DNA of 64,000 nt from Alphaproteobacteria bacterium (GTDB lineage Bacteria; Pseudomonadota; Alphaproteobacteria; G965222575), in contig OZ244958.1 in the NCBI GenBank assembly GCA_965222575.1, positions 928,001 through 992,000 on the forward strand. The letters are read 5' to 3'. The stretch's first letter is position 1, and every line of letters starts with the position of its first letter. The position numbers and the translations under genes are program-made. Under the pieces are notes generated by a model, which was not told the origin of the DNA, did not search any database, and saw only the letters and a program-made list of their open reading frames with translations. Of this stretch, positions 15,657 to 23,765 are shown in pieces.

Positions 15657-18461
15657 ATGAAAAGACTATGGTGTCTCTTCAGTGTCCTTGTACTGGTGGG
15701 GTCTCTTGCCCGAGCCTTTCCCCTTCACGATGCCGCCCAAAGGGGTGATCTTGATACCATCAAGGGGCTCATAGCTAAGGGGGCGGATGTGAATGCACAT
15801 GACTTTATACTCGAAGGCAATACACCGCTCCATGAGGCAGCCTCTGAGGGGCACAAGGAGGTAGTGGAATTTCTGCTGCAAGCAGGGGCGTATGTGAATG
15901 CACAGGACAAGCACAGAAATACACCGCTCCATGGGGCAGCTTGGAACGGGCACAAGGAAGTAGCAGAGGTTCTTGTGAAAGCAGGAGCTAACCTAGAGTC
16001 AACAAAAGAAGCCTTTTTTGACGAGACACCGCTCCATAAGGCAGAGCGGGGATTAAAAGCAACAATAGACGAAGAAAAAAAGCAGCGCCTCTCTGAGGTG
16101 ATAGAGTATCTGAAAAGCAAGGAAGCGGATGACGGCTGGACACCACTCCATAGGGCAGCCTCTGAGGGGCACAAGGAGGTAGTGGAAGTTCTTTTGGAGA
16201 AGGGGGCGGAGGTGAATGCAAAGGACAAGTACGGCGTGACACCGCTCCATAGGGCAGTCTATAAGGGACACAAAGAAGTGGTGACATTCCTAGTGGCCCA
16301 GGGGGCTTCTGTGAAGGCACAGGACAAGTACGGCGGGACACCGCTCCATGGGGCAGCTTGGAACGGACACAAAGAGGTGGTGGAGGTTCTGCTACAAGCA
16401 GGGGCGGATGTGAATGCACTAAGCGATATCCATGGGACACCGCTCCATAGGGCAGTCTATAAGGGACACAAAGAAGTGGTGACATTCCTAGTGGCGCAGG
16501 GGGCTTCTGTGAAGGCACAGGACAAGTATGGCGGGACACCGCTCCATAAGGCAGCCGAGGGTGGACACAAGGAGGTAGTGGAGGTTCTTTTGGAGAAGGG
16601 GGCGGAGGTGAATGCAAAGAGCAAGAAAGGCGTGACACCGCTCCATTGGGCAGCCGAAAAGGGACACGAAGAAGTGGTGACATTCCTAGTGGCGCAGGGG
16701 GCGGATATCCATGCAAAGGACAAGTACGGCAATACACCATTCCATAGGGCAGCCGAAAAGGGACACAAGGAGGTGGTGACATTCCTAGTGGCGCAGGGGG
16801 CGGATATCCACGCAAAGGACGATTACGGCTATACACCGCTCCATGAGGCAGCCGATAATGGACACAAGGAAGTGGTGACATTCCTAGTGGCGCAGGGGGC
16901 GGATGTGAATGCAAAGCACAAGTACGGCGATACACCGCTCTATAGGGCAGTTTATAAGGGACACAAAGAAGTGGTGACATTCCTAGTGGCGCAGGGGGCG
17001 GATGTGAAGGCACGAAACGATACCGGCAGGACACCGCTCCATTTGGCAGCTTGGAACGGGTACAAGGAGGAAGTGGTGTTCTTTGTAGAGAAGGGGGCGG
17101 AGGTGAATGTACAGGACAAGTACGGCAATACACCGCTCCATTGGGCAACGGAAAAGGGACACAAAGAGGTGGTGACATTCCTAGTGGAGAAGGGGGCAGA
17201 TGTGAATGCACAGGACGAGGACGGCAGGACACCGCTCCATTGGGCAGTCTTATATGGACACAAGGAGGTGGTGACATTCCTAGTGGAAGCAGGGGCGGAT
17301 GTGCATGCACAGGACAAGGACGGCGTGACACCGCTCCGTTGGGCAGACAGTGGGGGGCACAAGGAGGTAGTGGCGTATCTGAAAAGCAAGGGGACTAATC
17401 CCCTTCACGATGCCGCCCAAAGGGGTGATCTTGATACCATCAAGGGGCTCATAGCTAAGGGGGCTTCTGTGAATGTACGAGGCAAGTACGGCAGGACACC
17501 GCTCCATAGTGCATCCGGAGGGGGACACAAAGAAGTGGTGACATTCCTAGTGGCCCAGGGGGCGGATGTGCATGCACAAACCGTGTACGGCAATACACCG
17601 CTCCATCGGGCAGCCGAGGGTGGACACAAGGAGGTAGTGGAGGTTCTTGTGGCCCAGGGGGCGGATGTGAATGCCCAAAACAAGGACGGCAAGACACCGC
17701 TCCATTTGGCAGCCTCATCTGGAAGCAAGGAGGTAGCGGAGTTTCTAGTGGCCCAGGGGGCGGATGTGAATGCCCAAAACAAGGACGGCAAGACACCGCT
17801 CCATTTGGCAGCCTCATCTGGAAGCAAGGAGGTAGCGGAGTTTCTAGTGGAGAAGGGGGCTAATGTGAATGCCCAAAACAAGGACGGCAAGACACCGCTC
17901 CATTTGGCAGCCTCATCTGGAAGCAAGGAGGTAGCGGAGTTTCTAGTGGAGAAGGGGGCTAATGTGAATGTAGCGACCAGCAACGGTTATACACCGCTCC
18001 ATCGGGCAGCCGAAATGGGAAGCAAAGCAGCAGCAGAGGTTCTTGTGGCCCAGGGGGCGGATGTGAATGCCCAAAACAATTACGGCGAGACACCGCTCTA
18101 TAGGGCAGTCTATAAGGGACACAAAGAAGTGGTGACATTCCTTTTGGCGCAGGGGGCGGAGGTGAATGTACAGGACAAGTACGGCAATACACCGCTCCTT
18201 AGGGCAGCCTATAGAGGACACAAGGCAGTAGTGGCGTTCCTAGTGGAAGCAGGGGCGGATGTGAATGTACAGGACAAGCAGGGCTGGACACCGCTCCATG
18301 TGGCAGCCTATAGAGGACACAAGGCAGTAGTGGCATTCCTAGTGGCCCAGGGGGCGGATGTGAATGCAAAGAACTCGAACGGCAGTACACCGCTCCATTT
18401 GGCAGTCTTATATGGACACAAGGAGATAGTGGCGTATCTGAAAAGCAAGGGGGCTAAGTAG
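15657..18461 (+). CDS. Secreted ankyrin-repeat protein (934 aa), fusion of two cassettes
   Basis: First ~580 aa nearly identical to 13763-15505, then YLKSKGTN-PLHDAAQRGDLDTIK restarts the mature N-terminus. Confidence 0.95.
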   Translation: MKRLWCLFSVLVLVGSLARAFPLHDAAQRGDLDTIKGLIAKGADVNAHDFILEGNTPLHEAASEGHKEVVEFLLQAGAYVNAQDKHRNTPLHGAAWNGHKEVAEVLVKAGANLESTKEAFFDETPLHKAERGLKATIDEEKKQRLSEVIEYLKSKEADDGWTPLHRAASEGHKEVVEVLLEKGAEVNAKDKYGVTPLHRAVYKGHKEVVTFLVAQGASVKAQDKYGGTPLHGAAWNGHKEVVEVLLQAGADVNALSDIHGTPLHRAVYKGHKEVVTFLVAQGASVKAQDKYGGTPLHKAAEGGHKEVVEVLLEKGAEVNAKSKKGVTPLHWAAEKGHEEVVTFLVAQGADIHAKDKYGNTPFHRAAEKGHKEVVTFLVAQGADIHAKDDYGYTPLHEAADNGHKEVVTFLVAQGADVNAKHKYGDTPLYRAVYKGHKEVVTFLVAQGADVKARNDTGRTPLHLAAWNGYKEEVVFFVEKGAEVNVQDKYGNTPLHWATEKGHKEVVTFLVEKGADVNAQDEDGRTPLHWAVLYGHKEVVTFLVEAGADVHAQDKDGVTPLRWADSGGHKEVVAYLKSKGTNPLHDAAQRGDLDTIKGLIAKGASVNVRGKYGRTPLHSASGGGHKEVVTFLVAQGADVHAQTVYGNTPLHRAAEGGHKEVVEVLVAQGADVNAQNKDGKTPLHLAASSGSKEVAEFLVAQGADVNAQNKDGKTPLHLAASSGSKEVAEFLVEKGANVNAQNKDGKTPLHLAASSGSKEVAEFLVEKGANVNVATSNGYTPLHRAAEMGSKAAAEVLVAQGADVNAQNNYGETPLYRAVYKGHKEVVTFLLAQGAEVNVQDKYGNTPLLRAAYRGHKAVVAFLVEAGADVNVQDKQGWTPLHVAAYRGHKAVVAFLVAQGADVNAKNSNGSTPLHLAVLYGHKEIVAYLKSKGAK

Positions 18462-18612
18462 TCACCTCCGCACACGAGGTTTGGTACATCCTAGCGATAT
18501 GCCCCTCAGTGTTATTAGCTCCCTAAGCGAAAAGCGGCTAGAGGGGCAAGACTTTACTTCTTAGAGGCTGTATGCTATCCTAAACAAGGTTTGTAAAGAA
18601 GAGGTACTTAAT

Positions 18613-20256
18613 ATGAGAAGACTATGGTGTCTCTTGAGTGTTCTTGTACTGGTGGGGTCTCTTGCCCGAGCCTTTCCCCTTCACGATGCCGCCCAAAGGG
18701 GTGATCTTGATACCATCAAGGGGCTCATAGCTAAGGGGGCTTCTGTGAATGCGAAAGACAGAGAGGGCTGGACACCGCTCCGTGGGGCAGTTTTTCGGGG
18801 ACAGGTGGAGGTGGTGAAGGTTCTGCTTCAAGCAGGAGCGGATGTGCATGCACGAAACGATACCGACTGGACACTGCTTCATAGGGCAGCCTATATGGGT
18901 CAGGTGGAGTTGGTGGAGGTTCTGCTTCAAGCAGGGGTTGATGTGAATGCCCAAAACAAGGACGGCAAGACACCGCTCAGTGCTGTAGCCTATATGGGTC
19001 AGGTGGAGTTGCTGGAGGTTCTGCTACAAGCAGGGGTTGATGTGAATGCCCAAAACAAGTACGGCAATACACCGCTCCATGAGGCAGCTTGGGACGGACA
19101 CAAAGAGGTAGTGGAATTTCTGCTGCAAGCAGGGGCGGATGTGAATGCACAGGACAGGGGCGGCAATACACCGCTCCATTGGGCAGCCGGAGGGGGACAC
19201 AAGGAAGTGGTGGAGGTTCTAGTGGAGAAGGGGGCGGATGTGAATGCCCAGGACAAGTACGGCTGGACACCGCTCCATAAGGCAGCCGATGAGGGGTACA
19301 AGGAAGTGGTGGAGGTTCTGCTACAAGCAGGGGCGGATGTGAATGTGAAGGCGAAAGGCGAGGACAGCAGGACACCGCTCCATGAGGCAGCCTCTGAGGG
19401 GCACAAGGAAGTAGTGGAGGTTCTCCTCCACGCAGGGGCGGATGTGAATGCAAAAAACAAGTACGGCTGGACACCGCTCGATTGGGCAGCCGGTGGGGGG
19501 CACAAGGAAGTGGTGGAGGTTCTGCTACAAGCAGGGGCGGATGTGCATGCACGAGACGATTTCGGCGGTACACTGCTCCATAGTGCAGCCTCATCTAGAA
19601 GCAAGGAGGTAGTGGAGTTTCTAGTGGAGAAGGGGGCGGATATCCACGCAAAGGACGATGACGGCAGGACACCGCTCTTTAGTGCAGCCTCATCTGGAAG
19701 CAAGGAAGTGGTGGCGTTCCTAGTGGCGCAGGGGGCGGATGTGAAGGCACGAAACACAATCGGTGGGACACCGCTCCATAGGGCAGCCTCATCTGGGAGC
19801 AAGGAAGTGGTGGAGGTTCTGCTTCAAGCAGGGGCGGATGTGCATGCACGAAACGATACCGGCGATACACCGCTCCATTGGGCAGCCGAAATGGGAAGCA
19901 AAGCAGCAGCAGAGGTTCTTGTGGCCCAGGGGGCGGATGTGGAGGCAAAGAACAATTACGACTGGACGCCGCTCCATAGTGCAACCGGCTGGACGAGGGA
20001 CCATTGGGTAGTCGAAGAGGAACGCAAAGAAGTGGTGACATTCCTAGTGGAGAAGGGGGCTAATGTGAATGCAGCGACCAGCAACGGCGATACACCGCTC
20101 CATTTGGCAGCCTCATGGGCAGACAAGGAGGTAGTGGCATTCCTAGTGGAGAAGGGGGCGGATGTGAATGCAAAGGACAAGAAAGGCAGGACACCGCTCC
20201 ATTTTGCAGGACTCACGAAGGTGATAGCGTATCTGAAAAGCAAGGGTGGGCGATAA
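18613..20256 (+). CDS. Secreted ankyrin-repeat protein (547 aa)
   Basis: Closely related signal peptide and N-cap; ankyrin repeats. Confidence 0.95.
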   Translation: MRRLWCLLSVLVLVGSLARAFPLHDAAQRGDLDTIKGLIAKGASVNAKDREGWTPLRGAVFRGQVEVVKVLLQAGADVHARNDTDWTLLHRAAYMGQVELVEVLLQAGVDVNAQNKDGKTPLSAVAYMGQVELLEVLLQAGVDVNAQNKYGNTPLHEAAWDGHKEVVEFLLQAGADVNAQDRGGNTPLHWAAGGGHKEVVEVLVEKGADVNAQDKYGWTPLHKAADEGYKEVVEVLLQAGADVNVKAKGEDSRTPLHEAASEGHKEVVEVLLHAGADVNAKNKYGWTPLDWAAGGGHKEVVEVLLQAGADVHARDDFGGTLLHSAASSRSKEVVEFLVEKGADIHAKDDDGRTPLFSAASSGSKEVVAFLVAQGADVKARNTIGGTPLHRAASSGSKEVVEVLLQAGADVHARNDTGDTPLHWAAEMGSKAAAEVLVAQGADVEAKNNYDWTPLHSATGWTRDHWVVEEERKEVVTFLVEKGANVNAATSNGDTPLHLAASWADKEVVAFLVEKGADVNAKDKKGRTPLHFAGLTKVIAYLKSKGGR

Positions 20257-20380
20257 TTTTGTTCTATGGGGTATACTAGTATATACTAGTAACTTGTTGA
20301 CAACCCTTATGGTTGGATTGCTGATTTCCTCTTCTGGAGATTGTTCACCTCTCAACCCCCTATATTTCCTAGAAAAAACT

Positions 20381-20426
20381 TGGTTGGGGTGACAGAATTC
20401 GAACCTGCGACCCCCGCATTACGAAT
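20381..20426 (-). mobile_element. att site: 3' half of a tRNA (anticodon CGT, Thr-like)
   Basis: Minus strand ATTCGTAATGCGGGGGTCGCAGGTTCGAATTCTGTCACCCCAACCA gives anticodon loop, T-arm and CCA with no 5' half. Lies 200 bp from the integrase. Confidence 0.85.
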
Positions 20427-20625
20427 TCCTTACTATACTACTTTCTTCTATATCCTTCAAGTTCACTAAAAGTCTCTAATATCAACGAATTTACTGAGAT
20501 TCCTTGTTATCTCGTTTCCTTCTTCTTCCTTTTTAATCTTGCTAATTCCTTCTTTATGCGGTACATATACGGTACACGCTTTTTGTCATAAACGCGCACT
20601 TTCCGACTTTCCAACAAAAGATATA

Positions 20626-22023
20626 ATGCTTAGATTAACCAAAACGGCTGTAGAAAATCTTAGTACGAAAAGTAAACCATACTTTGTGTTTGACTTGATA
20701 TTAACGGGGTTCTGTGTACGCATATCAATGAAAGGGAAGCGGAACTACTATCTTCAGTATGAAAAAATGGGCAGGAAAAAACGGATTAATCTTGGCTTGC
20801 ATGGGACTATAACAACAGAACAAGCCCGGAGAAAAGCGACCATATTATTAGGAGATATTACAAAAGGAATTGATCCTCACGAGCAAAAAGTGAAAGAGGG
20901 TAATGTGTTGACTATTGTAGACCTAGCACACCGTTTTCTACAAGAGCATGTGATGATGCATTGTAAGCCTAGCACACAGAGGGATTATCAAAGCCGCTTA
21001 AGGGCTTATATCGTTCCCTTTTTTAGAGAGATGAAAGTCCCCAATGTTACGCGAGCCGATGTCTCTGCTTTTCATCACTCCTTATCTCACAGCCCTTTTG
21101 TGGCGAATACCTGTTTACGCATCCTCTCAAAGATGTTCAATTTAGCAGAAACATGGGGATTACGAGGAGACAACACTAATCCCTGCCGTCATGTCAAGAA
21201 GTACCCAGAGAAAAAGCGAGAGCGCTATCTCAGTGAGGAGGAGTTGAAACGCTTGAGTGCTGTGTTAGAGGAGGCTAAGACCTATCTTGATGAGAACTTA
21301 TCGGCTGTTTATTGTATTCAGTTGCTCTTGCTAACAGGGTGCCGACTAGGGGAGATACGAACCCTGAAATGGAAGTATAGTGATGCTAAGCAGAAGATAC
21401 TAAGGCTTCCGGACTCTAAAACAGGGGCAAAAGTGGTCTATGTAGGGGAGACTGTTCTCTCTTTGCTTGAGGAAATCCGCTCTCACCCCTCTCGTCCTAA
21501 GGAGAACCCCTATGTCATATGGGGGAGGAAGCCTGATACCTATTTGATGAATGTGCGTAAGCCTTGGTGTCGCTTCTGTAAGATGGCGGGGTTAGAAGAT
21601 ATTCGTATCCATGACTTGCGCCATTCTTTTGCCTCCTTTGCGGTGAGTAAGGGGATGAGTTTGCCTATGCTAGGGAAGTTGCTAGGGCATACGCAACCCC
21701 AAACCACAGCACGGTATGCGCATTTGATGGCGAAACCTATGACGGAGGCGGCAACACAAGTAACGGATGTCATAGGAGATTTGATGGGGATAAAGAAGAA
21801 GCCTTTTTCAAAAGAGGGGGAAAAGGAGGTTAAGAACCCTATTGTTGGGACGAATATAGAGCGTCCCACTTGGTTATCTCCAGAGCAAGCGGCTCATTAT
21901 CTAGGGGTGAAAAAACGAGTGCTATACGATTGGCGTTATAACAAAGGAGGTCCTAAGCATACCAAAATAGCGGGTAGAATACGCTATGACCTAGAGGATA
22001 TCAAAGCCTTTGTGCAGAGGTAA
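20626..22023 (+). CDS. Tyrosine integrase (arm-binding domain) with C-terminal excisionase-like HTH
   Basis: MLRLTKTAV start (ORF track opens at 20539); TGCRLGE, RIHDLRH, LLGH...TTARY; tail WLSPEQAAHYLGV...GPKHTKIAGRIRY. Confidence 0.92.
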   Translation: MLRLTKTAVENLSTKSKPYFVFDLILTGFCVRISMKGKRNYYLQYEKMGRKKRINLGLHGTITTEQARRKATILLGDITKGIDPHEQKVKEGNVLTIVDLAHRFLQEHVMMHCKPSTQRDYQSRLRAYIVPFFREMKVPNVTRADVSAFHHSLSHSPFVANTCLRILSKMFNLAETWGLRGDNTNPCRHVKKYPEKKRERYLSEEELKRLSAVLEEAKTYLDENLSAVYCIQLLLLTGCRLGEIRTLKWKYSDAKQKILRLPDSKTGAKVVYVGETVLSLLEEIRSHPSRPKENPYVIWGRKPDTYLMNVRKPWCRFCKMAGLEDIRIHDLRHSFASFAVSKGMSLPMLGKLLGHTQPQTTARYAHLMAKPMTEAATQVTDVIGDLMGIKKKPFSKEGEKEVKNPIVGTNIERPTWLSPEQAAHYLGVKKRVLYDWRYNKGGPKHTKIAGRIRYDLEDIKAFVQR

Positions 22024-22028
22024 AGATG

Positions 22029-22168
22029 TGTTAGTGAAAGGGATTGAACTAACAAAAACATGCATTTATGTTAGTTTCTGTCTTGCAACTTTCATTTTTG
22101 TTAGTTAAAATGATTGAACTAACAAAAACATGCATTTATGTTAGTTAAAATGATTGAACTAACAAAAC
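22029..22168. repeat. Repeated palindromic operator-like sites
   Basis: TGTTAGT(T/G)-N10-AACTAACA at 22029, 22099 and 22139, plus a half-site at 22069; 40-bp unit. Confidence 0.8.
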
Positions 22169-22189
22169 AAGTAGATTCCGTTACTTATA

Positions 22190-23614
22190 GTGGATAAAAG
22201 AAGAAAAAGCCTCAAAAAGAGTCCAACAGGAAGGTATGTAAGAAGTACAGTGACTGGGGAAGTGTGTCAAGCCTATATTCCTCATCCCTTGCCACCAGAC
22301 GTGCCTATGGAAGATTTTGCTACTTTGCTAGATAAAGCTAATGTAAGCCTTGGACGGCTTGATGGAATTGGACGGCTTGATGGAATGAGAACTACCCTGC
22401 CAGATTCTTCTCAATTTATTGAGATGTATGCGTGTCAGGAAGCTGTGCAGTCCTCTAAAATTGAAGGGACGCAATCATCAATGTCTGATCTTCTTCTATT
22501 TGAGAAGAGTGGCAAGCCTTCTGTAGGTGATGAAGCTGAGGTATCCCGGTATGTTTCTGCTATGAAATATGCCCTTAAGGAAGTTAAGAAGCCAAAGGGA
22601 CTACCACTATCTCTTGGTCTTATTAAAGGGATTCATGGCGTACTCATGGAGGGAGCTGGACGTGGAGGGAATACAGGAGTGGGAGAATTTCGCACTTCCC
22701 AAAACTGGATTGGGGGGACACGCCCGGGAAATGCTCTTTTTATCCCACCACCTCCTGAAGAGCTTATGCCGTGCTTGGAGTGCTTAGAAAAATTCTTGCA
22801 TAGTAAAGAGCTTCCTGTGCTTATCAAAGTAGCACTTGCCCATGTTCAGTTTGAGACTATCCATCCATTCTTGGATGGCAACGGCCGTGTTGGTCGGTTG
22901 TTGATTACACTTATTCTGTGTGTTGATGGAATACTCACAGAGCCTTTGCTGTATCTCAGTTTATATTTTAAGGAGAATCAAGACAAGTATTATAGCTGTC
23001 TGCAAGCTGTGCAGGAGAAGGGGGCTTGGGAAGACTGGATACAATTTTTCCTAGAAGGAGTTATTGAGGTATCAGAACAGGCTATAGAAACGGCAAAGTG
23101 TATTGGTCTGTTGTTCAAGTGTGATTTTGACAAGATTAAGGAGGCTAGAAAAGACACCAAAGGGGTTTTATGGACCTACGATTATCTCAAAAGAAATCCT
23201 ATTATAAAACCTTCTAAGATTAAGGAACGTTCTAAGCCTTCGTTGCCTACAGTCATGCGCAGTCTAAGAACACTGGAGTCTCTGGGGTTAATTAAGGAGA
23301 AGGAAAAAAATAAGTACCGCCACAAAATTTTTGAGTATGAGTCATACCTCCAACTGCTAGATACAGGAGTTAAATCAGAACGTTTAAGACTAAGTCTTTT
23401 AGGAGAGGCAGATGTGCATGCAAAGGACAAGGACGGCACAACACTGCTCCATAGGGCAGCCGATGGGGGATACAAAGAAGAGGTGGAGGCTCTAGTAAAC
23501 AAAGGGGCTTCTGTGAATGCAAAGGACAAGTACGGTGTGACACCGCTCTATTTGGCAGACTTATGGGGTCACAAGGAGGTAGTGGCGTATTTGAAAAGCA
23601 AGGGGGCTAAGTAG
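22190..23614 (+). CDS. Fic-family protein fused to C-terminal ankyrin repeats
   Basis: SSKIEGT; HPFLDGNGRVGR; ends ADVHAKDKDGTTLLH...VAYLKSKGAK like the ankyrin cassettes. Confidence 0.9.
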   Translation: MDKRRKSLKKSPTGRYVRSTVTGEVCQAYIPHPLPPDVPMEDFATLLDKANVSLGRLDGIGRLDGMRTTLPDSSQFIEMYACQEAVQSSKIEGTQSSMSDLLLFEKSGKPSVGDEAEVSRYVSAMKYALKEVKKPKGLPLSLGLIKGIHGVLMEGAGRGGNTGVGEFRTSQNWIGGTRPGNALFIPPPPEELMPCLECLEKFLHSKELPVLIKVALAHVQFETIHPFLDGNGRVGRLLITLILCVDGILTEPLLYLSLYFKENQDKYYSCLQAVQEKGAWEDWIQFFLEGVIEVSEQAIETAKCIGLLFKCDFDKIKEARKDTKGVLWTYDYLKRNPIIKPSKIKERSKPSLPTVMRSLRTLESLGLIKEKEKNKYRHKIFEYESYLQLLDTGVKSERLRLSLLGEADVHAKDKDGTTLLHRAADGGYKEEVEALVNKGASVNAKDKYGVTPLYLADLWGHKEVVAYLKSKGAK

Positions 23615-23765
23615 TTACCTCCGCACACGAGGTTTGGTACACCCTAGCGATATGCCCCTCAGTGTTATTAGCTCCCTAAGCGAAAAGCGGCTAGAGGGGC
23701 AAGACTTTACTTCTTAGAGGCTGTATGCTATCCTAAACAAGGTTTGTAAAGAAGAGGGACTTAAT

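Noticed and set aside
20381-20426. Functional tRNA gene
   Set aside because: The 5' half (acceptor 5' strand and D-arm) is absent.
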